Assembly (NCBI RefSeq): GCF_009914755.1
Contig: NC_060925.1
Direction: 5' to 3' (one strand)
Source of the DNA: the human T2T-CHM13v2.0 reference genome, Homo sapiens
Length of the DNA stretch: 64,000 bases
Below, piece by piece: positions 14,358 to 29,300 of the stretch. The notes under the pieces are model-generated. The model was not told the origin of the DNA and did no database searches. It saw only the letters and a program-made list of their open reading frames with translations. The number at the start of each line of letters is the position of its first letter. Positions within the stretch are counted from its first letter, which is position 1. The translations under genes were made by a program, and so were the position numbers.

Positions 14358-17300
14358 TATTGAATGGAATTGAATGGAATCATCGAATGGTCTCGATTGG
14401 AATCATTACCAAATGGAATCGAATGGAATCACCGAATAGAATCGAATGGAACAATCATCGAATGGACTCAAATGGAATTATCCTCAAATGGAATCGAATG
14501 GAATTATCGAATGCAATCGAATGGAATTATCGAATGCAATCGAATAGAATCATCGAATGGACTCGAATGGAATCATCGAATGGAATGGAATGGAACAGTC
14601 AATGAACTCGAATGGAATCATCATTGAATGGAATCGAATGGAATCATCGAGTGGAATCGAATGGAATTATGATCAAATGGAATCGAATGTATTCATCATC
14701 AAATGGAATCAAAAATAACCATCATCAATTGGTATTGAATGGAATTGTCATCAAATGGAATTCAAAGGAATCATCATCAAATGGAACCGAATGGAATCCT
14801 CATTGAATGGAAATGAAAGGGGTCATCATCTAATGGAATCGCATGGAATCATCATCAAATGGAATCGAATGGAATCATCATCAAATGGAATCTAATGGAA
14901 TCATTGAACAGAATTGAATGGAATCGTCATCGAATGAATTGAATGCAATCATCGAATGGTCTCGAATGGAATCATCTTCTAATGGAAAGGAATGGAATCA
15001 TCGCATAGAATCGAATGGAATTATCATCGAATGGAATCGAATGGTATCAACACCAAACGGAAAAAAACGGAATTATCGAATGGAATCGAAGAGAATCTTC
15101 GAACGGACCCGAATGGAATCATCTAATGGAATGGAATGGAATAATCCATGGACTCGAATGCAATCATCATCGAATGGAATCGAATGGAATCATCGAATGG
15201 ACTCGAATGGAATAATCATTGAACGGAATCGAATGGAATCATCATCGGATGGAAATGAATGGAATCATCATCGAATGGAAATGAAAGGAGTCATCATCTA
15301 ATGGAATTGCATGGAATCATCATAAAATGGAATCGAATGGAATCAACATCAAATGGAATCAAATGGAATCATTGAACGGAATTGAATGGAATCGTCATCG
15401 AATGAATTGACTGCAATCATCGAATGGTCTCGAATGGAATCATCTTCAAATGGAATGGAATGGAATCATCGCATAGAATCGAATGGAATTATCATCGAAT
15501 GGAATCGAATGGAATCAACATCAAACGGAAAAAAACGGAATTATCGAATGGAATCGAAGAGAATCATCGAATGGACCCGAATGGAATCATCTAATGGAAT
15601 GGAATGGAATAATCCATGGACTCGAATGCAATCATCATCGAATGGAATCGAATGGAATCATCGAATGGACTCGAATGGAATAATCATTGAACGGAATCGA
15701 ATGGAATCATCATCGGATGGAAATGAATGGAATCATCATCGAATGGAATCGAATAGAATTATGGAATGAAATCCAGTGTGATCATCATCGAATGGACCCG
15801 AATGGAATCATCATCCAACGGAAGCTAATGGAATCAACATCGAATGAATCGAATGGAAACACCATCGAATTGAAACGAATGGAATTATCATGAAATTGAA
15901 ATGGATGGACTCATCATCGAATGGATTCGAATGGAATCATCGAATAAAATTGATTGAAATCATCATGCAATGGAATCGAATGGTATCATTGAATGGAATC
16001 GAATGGAATCATCATCAGATGGAAATGAATGGAATCGTCATAGAATGGAATCGAATGGATTCATTGAATGGAATCAGATGGAATCATCGAATGGACTGGA
16101 ATGGAATCATTGAATGGACTCGAAAGGGATCATTATTGAATGGAATTGAATGGAATCATCGAATGGTCTCGATTGGAATCATTACCAAATGGAATCGAAT
16201 GGAATCACCGAATAGAATCGAATGGAACAATCATCGAATGGACTCAAATGGAATTATCCTCAAATGGAATCGAATGGAATTATCGAATGCAATCGAATGG
16301 AATTATCGAATGCAATCGAATAGAATCATCGAATGGACTCGAATGGAATCATCGAATGGAATGGAATGGAACAGTCAATGAACTCGAATGGAATCATCAT
16401 TGAATGGAATCGAATGGAATCATCGAGTGGAATCGAATGGAATTATGATCAAATGGAATCGAATGTATTCATCATCAAATGGAATCAAAAATAACCATCA
16501 TCAATTGGTATTGAATGGAATTGTCATCAAATGGAATTCAAAGGAATCATCATCAAATGGAACCGAATGGAATCCTCATTGAATGGAAATGAAAGGGGTC
16601 ATCATCTAATGGAATCGCATGGAATCATCATCAAATGGAATCGAATGGAATCATCATCAAATGGAATCTAATGGAATCATTGAACAGAATTGAATGGAAT
16701 CGTCATCGAATGAATTGAATGCAATCATCGAATGGTCTCGAATGGAATCATCTTCTAATGGAAAGGAATGGAATCATCGCATAGAATCGAATGGAATTAT
16801 CATCGAATGGAATCGAATGGTATCAACACCAAACGGAAAAAAACGGAATTATCGAATGGAATCGAAGAGAATCTTCGAACGGACCCGAATGGAATCATCT
16901 AATGGAATGGAATGGAATAATCCATGGACTCGAATGCAATCATCATCGAATGGAATGGAATGGAATCATCGAATGGACTCGAATGGAATAATCATTGAAC
17001 GGAATCGAATGGAATCATCATCGGATGGAAACGAATGGAATCATCATCGAATGGAAATGAAAGGAGTCATCATCTAATGGAATTGCATGGAATCATCATA
17101 AAATGGAATCGAATGGAATCAACCTCAAATGGAATCAAATGGAATCATTGAACGGAATTGAATGGAATCGTCATCGAATGAATTGACTGCAATCATCGAA
17201 TGGTCTCGAATGGAATCATCTTCAAATGGAATGGAATGGAATCATCGCATAGAATCGAATGGAATTATCATCGAATGGAATCGAATGGAATCAACATCAA

Positions 17301-19690
17301 ACGGAAAAAAACGGAATTATCGAATGGAATCGAAGAGAATCATCGAATGGACCCGAATGGAATCATCTAATGGAATGGAATGGAATAATCCATGGACTCG
17401 AATGCAATCATCATCGAATGGAATCGAATGGAATCATCGAATGGACTCGAATGGAATAATCATTGAACGGAATCGAATGGAATCATCATCGGATGGAAAT
17501 GAATGGAATCATCATCGAATGGAATCGAATAGAATTATGGAATGAAATCCAGTGTGATCATCATCGAATGGACCCGAATGGAATCATCATCCAACGGAAG
17601 CTAATGGAATCAACATCGAATGAATCGAATGGAAACACCATCGAATTGAAACGAATGGAATTATCATGAAATTGAAATGGATGGACTCATCATCGAATGG
17701 ATTCGAATGGAATCATCGAATAAAATTGATTGAAATCATCATGCAATGGAATCGAATGGTATCATTGAATGGAATCGAATGGAATCATCATCAGATGGAA
17801 ATGAATGGAATCGTCATAGAATGGAATCGAATGGATTCATTGAATGGAATCAGATGGAATCATCGAATGGACTGGAATGGAATCATTGAATGGACTCGAA
17901 AGGGATCATTATTGAATGGAATTGAATGGAATCATCGAATGGTCTCGATTGGAATCATTACCAAATGGAATCGAATGGAATCACCGAATAGAATCGAATG
18001 GAACAATCATCGAATGGACTCAAATGGAATTATCCTCAAATGGAATCGAATGGAATTATCGAATGCAATCGAATGGAATTATCGAATGCAATCGAATAGA
18101 ATCATCGAATGGACTCGAATGGAATCATCGAATGGAATGGAATGGAACAGTCAATGAACTCGAATGGAATCATCATTGAATGGAATCGAATGGAATCATC
18201 GAGTGGAATCGAATGGAATTATGATCAAATGGAATCGAATGTATTCATCATCAAATGGAATCAAAAATAACCATCATCAATTGGTATTGAATGGAATTGT
18301 CATCAAATGGAATTCAAAGGAATCATCATCAAATGGAACCGAATGGAATCCTCATTGAATGGAAATGAAAGGGGTCATCATCTAATGGAATCGCATGGAA
18401 TCATCATCAAATGGAATCGAATGGAATCATCATCAAATGGAATCTAATGGAATCATTGAACAGAATTGAATGGAATCGTCATCGAATGAATTGAATGCAA
18501 TCATCGAATGGTCTCGAATGGAATCATCTTCTAATGGAAAGGAATGGAATCATCGCATAGAATCGAATGGAATTATCATCGAATGGAATCGAATGGTATC
18601 AACACCAAACGGAAAAAAACGGAATTATCGAATGGAATCGAAGAGAATCTTCGAACGGACCCGAATGGAATCATCTAATGGAATGGAATGGAATAATCCA
18701 TGGACTCGAATGCAATCATAATCGAATGGAATCGAATGGAATCATCGAATGGACTCGAATGGAATAATCATTGAACGGAATCGAATGGAATCATCATCGG
18801 ATGGAAATGAATGGAATCATCATCGAATGGAAATGAAAGGAGTCATCATCTAATGGAATTGCATGGAATCATCATAAAATGGAATCGAATGGAATCAACC
18901 TCAAATGGAATCAAATGGAATCATTGAACGGAATTGAATGGAATCGTCATCGAATGAATTGACTGCAATCATCGAATGGTCTCGAATGGAATCATCTTCA
19001 AATGGAATGGAATGGAATCATCGCATAGAATCGAATGGAATTATCATCGAATGGAATCGAATGGAATCAACATCAAACGGAAAAAAACGGAATTATCGAA
19101 TGGAATCGAAGAGAATCATCGAATGGACCCGAATGGAATCATCTAATGGAATGGAATGGAATAATCCATGGACTCGAATGCAATCATCATCGAATGGAAT
19201 CGAATGGAATCATCGAATGGACTCGAATGGAATAATCATTGAACGGAATCGAATGGAATCATCATCGGATGGAAATGAATGGAATCATCATCGAATGGAA
19301 TCGAATAGAATTATGGAATGAAATCCAGTGTGATCATCATCGAATGGACCCGAATGGAATCATCATCCAACGGAAGCTAATGGAATCAACATCGAATGAA
19401 TCGAATGGAAACACCATCGAATTGAAACGAATGGAATTATCATGAAATTGAAATGGATGGACTCATCATCGAATGGATTCGAATGGAATCATCGAATAAA
19501 ATTGATTGAAATCATCATGCAATGGAATCGAATGGTATCATTGAATGGAATCGAATGGAATCATCATCAGATGGAAATGAATGGAATCGTCATAGAATGG
19601 AATCGAATGGATTCATTGAATGGAATCAGATGGAATCATCGAATGGACTGGAATGGAATCATTGAATGGACTCGAAAGGGATCATTATTG
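14358..19690 (+). repeat. Local three-copy expansion of one unit variant
   Basis: CATTATT at 14358, 16134, 17910, 19686; CATTACC at 14409, 16185, 17961; GTATTC at 14692, 16468, 18244; CATGCAA at 15967, 17743, 19519. Confidence 0.8.
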
Positions 19691-22600
19691 AATGGAATTG
19701 AATGGAATCATCGAATGGTCTCGATTGGAATCATTATCACATGGAATCGAATGGAATCACCGAATAGAATCGAATGGAACAATCATCGAATGGACTCAAA
19801 TGGAATTATCCTCCAATGGAATGGAATGGAATTATCGAATGCAATCGAATGGAATTATCGAATGCAATCGAATAGAATCATCGAATGGACTCGAATGGAA
19901 TCATCGAATGGAATGGAATGGAACAGTCAATGAACTCGAATGGAATCATCATTGAATGGAATCGAATGGAATCATCGAGTGGAATCGAATGGAATTATGA
20001 TCAAATGGAATCGAATGTAATCATCATCAAATGGAATCAAAAATAACCATCATCAATTGGTATTGAATGGAATTGTCATCAAATGGAATTCAAAGGAATC
20101 ATCATCAAATGGAACCGAATGGAATCCTCATTGAATGGAAATGAAAGGGGTCATCATCTAATGGAATCGCATGGAATCATCATCAAATGGAATCGAATGG
20201 AATCATCATCAAATGGAATCTAATGGAATCATTGAACAGAATTGAATGGAATCGTCATCGAATGAATTGAATGCAATCATCGAATGGTCTCGAATGGAAT
20301 CATCTTCTAATGGAAAGGAATGGAATCATCGCATAGAATCGAATGGAATTATCATCGAATGGAATCGAATGGTATCAACACCAAACGGAAAAATACGGAA
20401 TTATCGAATGGAATCGAAGAGAATCTTCGAACGGACCCGAATGGAATCATCTAATGGAATGGAATGGAATAATCCATGGACTCGAATGCAATCATCATCG
20501 AATGGAATGGAATGGAATCATCGAATGGACTCGAATGGAATAATCATTGAACGGAATCGAATGGAATCATCATCGGATGGAAACGAATGGAATCATCATC
20601 GAATGGAAATGAAAGGAGTCATCATCTAATGGAATTGCATGGAATCATCATAAAATGGAATCGAATGGAATCAACATCAAATGGAATCAAATGGAATCAT
20701 TGAACGGAATTGAATGGAATCGTCATCGAATGAATTGACTGCAATCATCGAATGGTCTCGAATGGAATCATCTTCAAATGGAATGGAATGGAATCATCGC
20801 ATAGAATCGAATGGAATTATCATCGAATGGAATCGAATGGAATCAACATCAAACGGAAAAAAACGGAATTATCGAATGGAATCGAAGAGAATCATCGAAT
20901 GGACCCGAATGGAATCATCTAATGGAATGGAATGGAATAATCCATGGACTCGAATGCAATCATCATCGAATGGAATCGAATGGAATCATCGAATGGACTC
21001 GAATGGAATAATCATTGAACGGAATCGAATGGAATCATCATCGGATGGAAATGAATGGAATCATCATCGAATGGAATCGAATAGAATTATGGAATGAAAT
21101 CCAGTGTGATCATCATCGAATGGACCCGAATGGAATCATCATCCAACGGAAGCTAATGGAATCAACATCGAATGAATCGAATGGAAACACCATCGAATTG
21201 AAACGAATGGAATTATCATGAAATTGAAATGGATGGACTCATCATCGAATGGATTCGAATGGAATCATCGAATAAAATTGATTGAAATCATCATCCAATG
21301 GAATCGAATGGTATCATTGAATGGAAACGAATGGAATCATCATCAGATGGAAATGAATGGAATCGTCATAGAATGGAATCGAATGGATTCATTGAATGGA
21401 ATCAGATGGAATCATCGAATGGACTGGAATGGAATCATTGAATGGACTCGAAAGGGATCATGATTGAATGGAATTGAATGGAATCATCGAATGGTCTCGA
21501 TTGGAATCATTATCAAATGGAATCGAATGGAATCACCGAATAGAATCGAATGGAACAATCATCGAATGGACTCAAATGGAATTATCCTCCAATGGAATCG
21601 AATGGAATTATCGAATGCAATCGAATGGAATTAACGAATGCAATCGAATAGAATCATCGAATGGACTCGAATGGAATCATCGAATGGAATGGAATGGAAC
21701 AGTCAATGAACTCGAATGGAATCATCATTGAATGGAATCGAATGGAATCATCGAGTGGAATCGAATGGAATTATGATCAAATGGAATCGAATGTAATCAT
21801 CATCAAATGGAATCAAAAATAACCATCATCAATTGGTATTGAATGGAATTGTCATCAAATGGAATTCAAAGGAATCATCATCAAATGGAACCGAATGGAA
21901 TCCTCATTGAATGGAAATGAAAGGGGTCATCATCTAATGGAATCGCATGGAATCATCATCAAATGGAATCGAATGGAATCATCATCAAATGGAATCTAAT
22001 GGAATCATTGAACAGAATTGAATGGAATCGTCATCGAATGAATTGAATGCAATCATCGAATGGTCTCGAATGGAATCATCTTCTAATGGAAAGGAATGGA
22101 ATCATCGCATAGAATCGAATGGAATTATCATCGAATGGAATCAAATGGTATCAACACCAAACGGAAAAAAACGGAATTATCGAATGGAATCGAAGAGAAT
22201 CTTCGAACGGACCCGAATGGAATCATCTAATGGAATGGAATGGAATAATCCATGGACTCGAATGCAATCATCATCGAATGGAATGGAATGGAATCATCGA
22301 ATGGACTCGAATGGAATAATCATTGAACGGAATCGAATGGAATCATCATCGGATGGAAACGAATGGAATCATCATCGAATGGAAATGAAAGGAGTCATCA
22401 TCTAATGGAATTGCATGGAATCATCATCAAATGGAATCGAATGGAATCAACATCAAATGGAATCAAATGGAATCATTGAACGGAATTGAATGGAATCGTC
22501 ATCGAATGAATTGACTGCAATCATCGAATGGTCTCGAATGGAATCATCTTCAAATGGAATGGAATGGAATCATCGCATAGAATCGAATGGAATTATCATC

Positions 22601-23339
22601 GAATGGAATCGAATGGAATCAACATCAAATGGAAAAAAACGGAATTATCGAATGGAATCGAAGAGAATCATCGAATGGACCCGAATGGAATCATCTAATG
22701 GAATGGAATGGAATAATCCATGGACTCGAATGCAATCATCATCGAATGGAATCGAATGGAATCATCGAATGGACTCGAATGGAATAATCATTGAACGGAA
22801 TCGAATGGAATCATCATCGGATGGAAATGAATGGAATCATCATCGAATGGAATCGAATAGAATTATGGAATGAAATCCAGTGTGATCATCATCGAATGGA
22901 CCCGAATGGAATCATCATCCAACGGAAGCTAATGGAATCAACATCGAATGAATCGAATGGAAACACCATCGAATTGAAACGAATGGAATTATCATGAAAT
23001 TGAAATGGATGGACTCATCATCGAATGGATTCGAATGGAATCATCGAATAAAATTGATTGAAATCATCACCGAATGGAATCGAATGGTATCATTGAATGG
23101 AATCGAATGGAATCATCATCAGATGGAAATGAATGGAATTGTCATAGAATGGAATGGAATGGATTCATTGAATGGAATCAGATGGAATCATCGAATGGAC
23201 TGGAATGGAATCATTGAATGGACTCGAAAGGGATCATGATTGAATGGAATTGAATGGAATCATCGAATGGTCTCGATTGGAATCATTATCAAATGGAATC
23301 GAATGGAATCACCGAATAGAATCGAATGGAACAATCATC

Positions 23340-26300
23340 TAATGGACTCAAATGGAATTATCCTCCAATGGAATCGAATGGAATTATCGAATGCAATCGA
23401 ATGGAATTATCGAATGCAATCGAATAGAATCATCGAAAGGACTCGAATGGAATCATCGAATGGAATGGAATGGAACAGTCAATGAACTCGAATGGAATCA
23501 TCATTGAATGGAATCGAATGGAATCATCGAGTGGAATCGAATGGAATTATGATCAAATGGAATCGAATGTAATCATCATCAAATGGAATCAAAAATAACC
23601 ATCATCAATTGGTATTGAATGGAATTGTCATCAAATGGAATTCAAAGGAATCATCATCAAATGGAACCGAATGGAATCCTCATTGAATGGAAATGAAAGG
23701 GGTCATCATCTAATGGAATCGCATGGAATCATCATCAAATGGAATCGAATGGAATCATCATCAAATGGAATCTAATGGAATCATTGAACAGAATTGAATG
23801 GAATCGTCATCGAATGAATTGAATGCAATCATCGAATGGTCTCGAATGGAATCATCTTCTAATGGAAAGGAATGGAATCATCGCATAGAATCGAATGGAA
23901 TTATCATCGAATGGAATCGAATGGTATCAACACCAAACGGAAAAAAACGGAATTATCGAATGGAATCGAAGAGAATCTTCGAACGGACCCGAATGGAATC
24001 ATCTAATGGAATGGAATGGAATAATCCATGGACTCGAATGCAATCATCATCGAATGGAATCGAATGGAGTCATCGAATGGACTCGAATGGAATAATCATT
24101 GAACGGAATCGAATGGAATCATCATCGGATGGAAACGAATGGAATCATCATCGAATGGAAATGAAAGGAGTCATCATCTAATGGAATTGCATGGAATCAT
24201 CATAAAATGGAATCGAATGGAATCAACATCAAATGGAATCAAATGGAATCATTGAACGGAATTGAATGGAATCGTCATCGAATGAATTGACTGCAATCAT
24301 CGAATGGTCTCGAATGGAATCATCTTCAAATGGAATGGAATGGAATCATCGCATAGAATCGAATGGAATTATCATCGAATGGAATCGAATGGAATCAACA
24401 TCAAATGGAAAAAAACGGAATTATCGAATGGAATCGAAGAGAATCATCGAATGGACCCGAATGGAATCATCTAATGGAATGGAATGGAATAATCCATGGA
24501 CTCGAATGCAATCATCATCGAATGGAATCGAATGGAATCATCGAATGGACTCGAATGGAATAATCATTGAACGGAATCGAATGGAATCATCATCGGATGG
24601 AAATGAATGGAATCATCATCGAATGGAATCGAATAGAATTATGGAATGAAATCCAGTGTGATCATCATCGAATGGACCCGAATGGAATCATCATCCAACG
24701 GAAGCTAATGGAATCAACATCGAATGAATCGAATGGAAACACCATCGAATTGAAACGAATGGAATTATCATGAAATTGAAATGGATGGACTCATCATCGA
24801 ATGGATTCGAATGGAATCATCGAATAAAATTGATTGAAATCATCATGCAATGGAATCGAATGGTATCATTGAATGGAATCGAATGGAATCATCATCAGAT
24901 GGAAATGAATGGAATCGTCATAGAATGGAATCGAATGGATTCATTGAATGGAATCAGATGGAATCATCGAATGGACTGGAATGGAATCATTGAATGGACT
25001 CGAAAGGGATCATGATTGAATGGAATTGAATGGAATCATCGAATGGTCTCGATTGGAATCATTATCAAATGGAATCGAATGGAATCACCGAATAGAATCG
25101 AATGGAACAATCATCAAATGGACTCAAATGGAATTATCCTCCAATGGAATCGAATGGAATTATCGAATGCAATCGAATGGAATTATCGAATGCAATCGAA
25201 TAGAATCATCGAATGGACTCGAATGGAATCATCGAATGGAATGGAATGGAACAGTCAATGAACTCGAATGGAATCATCATTGAATGGAATCGAATGGAAT
25301 CATCGAGTGGAATCGAATGGAATTATGATCAAATGGAATCGAATGTAATCATCATCAAATGGAATCAAAAATAACCATCATCAATTGGTATTGAATGGAA
25401 TTGTCATCAAATGGAATTCAAAGGAATCATCATCAAATGGAACCGAATGGAATCCTCATTGAATGGAAATGAAAGGGGTCATCATCTAATGGAATCGCAT
25501 GGAATCATCATCAAATGGAATCGAATGGAATCATCATCAAATGGAATCTAATGGAATCATTGAACAGAATTGAATGGAATCGTCATCGAATGAATTGAAT
25601 GCAATCATCGAATGGTCTCGAATGGAATCATCTTCTAATGGAAAGGAATGGAATCATCGCATAGAATCGAATGGAATTATCATCGAATGGAATCGAATGG
25701 TATCAACACCAAACGGAAAAAAACGGAATTATCGAATGGAATCGAAGAGAATCTTCGAACGGACCCGAATGGAATCATCTAATGGAATGGAATGGAATAA
25801 TCCATGGACTCGAATGCAATCATCATCGAATGGAATGGAATGGAATCATCGAATGGACTCGAATGGAATAATCATTGAACGGAATCGAATGGAATCATCA
25901 TCGGATGGAAATGAATGGAATCATCATCGAATGGAAATGAAAGGAGTCATCATCTAATGGAATTGCATGGAATCATCATAAAATGGAATCGAATGGAATC
26001 AACATCAAATGGAATCAAATGGAATCATTGAACGGAATTGAATGGAATCGTCATCGAATGAATTGACTGCAATCATCGAATGGTCTCGAATGGAATCATC
26101 TTCAAATGGAATGGAATGGAATCATCGCATAGAATCGAATGGAATTATCATCGAATGGAATCGAATGGAATCAACATCAAACGGAAAAAAACGGAATTAT
26201 CGAATGGAATCGAAGAGAATCATCGAATGGACCCGAATGGAATCATCTAATGGAATGGAATGGAATAATCCATGGACTCGAATGCAATCATCATCGAATG

Positions 26301-29300
26301 GAATCGAATGGAATCATCGCATGGACTCGAATGGAATAATCATTGAACGGAATCGAATGGAATCATCATCGGATGGAAATGAATGGAATCATCATCGAAT
26401 GGAATCGAATAGAATTATGGAATGAAATCCAGTGTGATCATCATCGAATGGACCCGAATGGAATCATCATCCAACGGAAGCTAATGGAATCAACATCGAA
26501 TGAATCGAATGGAAACACCATCGAATTGAAACGAATGGAATTATTATGAAATTGAAATGGATGGACTCATCATCGAATGGATTCGAATGGAATCATCGAA
26601 TAAAATTGACTGAAATCATCATCCAATGGAATCGAATGGTATCATTGAATGGAATCGAATGGAATCATCATCAGATGGAAATGAATGGAATCGTCATAGA
26701 ATGAAATCGAATGGATTCATTGAATGGAATCAGATGGAATCATCGAATGGACTGGAATGGAATCATTGAATGGACTCGAAAGGGATCATGATTGAATGGA
26801 ATTGAATGGAATCATCGAATGGTCTCGATTGGAATCATTATCAAATGGAATCGAATGGAATCACCGAATAGAATCGAATGGAACAATCATCTAATGGACT
26901 CAAATGGAATTATCCTCCAATGGAATCGAATGGAATTATCGAATGCAATCGAATGGAATTATCGAATGCAATCGAATAGAATCATCGAAAGGACTCGAAT
27001 GGAATCATCGAATGGAATGGAATGGAACAGTCAATGAACTCGAATGGAATCATCATTGAATGGAATCGAATGGAATCATCGAGTGGAATCGAATGGAATT
27101 ATGATCAAATGGAATCGAATGTAATCATCATCAAATGGAATCAAAAATAACCATCATCAATTGGTATTGAATGGAATTGTCATCAAATGGAATTCAAAGG
27201 AATCATCATCAAATGGAACCGAATGGAATCCTCATTGAATGGAAATGAAAGGGGTCATCATCTAATGGAATCGCATGGAATCATCATCAAATGGAATCGA
27301 ATGGAATCATCATCAAATGGAATCTAATGGAATCATTGAACAGAATTGAATGGAATCGTCATCGAATGAATTGAATGCAATCATCGAATGGTCTCGAATG
27401 GAATCATCTTCTAATGGAAAGGAATGGAATCATCGCATAGAATCGAATGGAATTATCATCGAATGGAATCGAATGGTATCAACACCAAACGGAAAAAAAC
27501 GGAATTATCGAATGGAATCGAAGAGAATCTTCGAACGGACCCGAATGGAATCATCTAATGGAATGGAATGGAATAATCCATGGACTCGAATGAAATCATC
27601 ATCGAATGGAATCGACTGGAATCATCGAATGGACTCGAATGGAATAATCATTGAACGGAATCGAATGGAATCATCATCGGATGGAAACGAATGGAATCAT
27701 CATCGAATGGAAATGAAAGGAGTCATCATCTAATGGAATTGCATGGAATCATCATAAAATGGAATCGAATGGAATCAACCTCAAATGGAATCAAATGGAA
27801 TCATTGAACGGAATTGAATGGAATCGTCATCGAATGAATTGACTGCAATCATCGAATGGTCTCGAATGGAATCATCTTCAAATGGAATGGAATGGAATCA
27901 TCGCATAGAATCGAATGGAATTATCATCGAATGGAATCGAATGGAATCAACATCAAACGGAAAAAAACGGAATTATCGAATGGAATCGAAGAGAATCATC
28001 GAATGGACCCGAATGGAATAATCTAATGGAATGGAATGGAATAATCCATGGACTCGAATGCAATCATCATCGAATGGAATCGAATGGAATCATCGAATGG
28101 ACTCGAATGGAATAATCATTGAACGGAATCGAATGGAATCATCATCGGATGGAAATGAATGGAATCATCATCGAATGGAATCGAATAGAATTATGGAATG
28201 AAATCCAGTGTGATCATCATCGAATGGACCCGAATGGAATCATCATCCAACGGAAGCTAATGGAATCAACATCGAATGAATCGAATGGAAACACCATCGA
28301 ATTGAAACGAATGGAATTATCATGAAATTGAAATGGATGGACTCATCATCGAATGGATTCGAATGGAATCATCGAATAAAATTGATTGAAATCATCATCC
28401 AATGGAATCGAATGGTATCATTGAATGGAATCGAATGGAATCATCATCAGATGGAAATGAATGGAATCGTCATAGAATGGAATCGAATGGATTCATTGAA
28501 TGGAATCAGATGGAATCATCGAATGGACTGGAATGGAATCATTGAATGGACTCGAAAGGGATCATTATTGAATGGAATTGAATGGAATCATCGAATGGTC
28601 TCGATTGGAATCATTATCAAATGGAATCGAATGGAATCACCGAATAGAATCGAATGGAACAATCATCAAATGGACTCAAATGGAATTATCCTCCAATGGA
28701 ATCGAATGGAATTATCGAATGCAATCGAATGGAATTATCGAATGCAATCGAATAGAATCATCGAATGGACTCGAATGGAATCATCGAATGGAATGGAATG
28801 GAACAGTCAATGAACTCGAATGGAATCATCATTGAATGGAATCGAATGGAATCATCGAGTGGAATCGAATGGAATTATGATCAAATGGAATCGAATGTAA
28901 TCATCATCAAATGGAATCAAAAATAACCATCATCAATTGGTATTGAATGGAATTGTCATCAAATGGAATTCAAAGGAATCATCATCAAATGGAACCGAAT
29001 GGAATCCTCATTGAATGGAAATGAAAGGGGTCATCATCTAATGGAATCGCATGGAATCATCATCAAATGGAATCGAATGGAATCATCATCAAATGGAATC
29101 TAATGGAATCATTGAACAGAATTGAATGGAATCGTCATCGAATGAATTGAATGCAATCATCGAATGGTCTCGAATGGAATCATCTTCTAATGGAAAGGAA
29201 TGGAATCATCGCATAGAATCGAATGGAATTATCATCGAATGGAATCGAATGGTATCAACACCAAACGGAAAAAAACGGAATTATCGAATGGAATCGAAGA

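Noticed and set aside
14114-19933. Longer 163-aa ORFs (also 28322; 136 aa at 36734 and 45591)
   Set aside because: Produced by one TGA>TTA substitution fusing two artefactual ORFs; useful as a haplotype marker, not evidence of coding.
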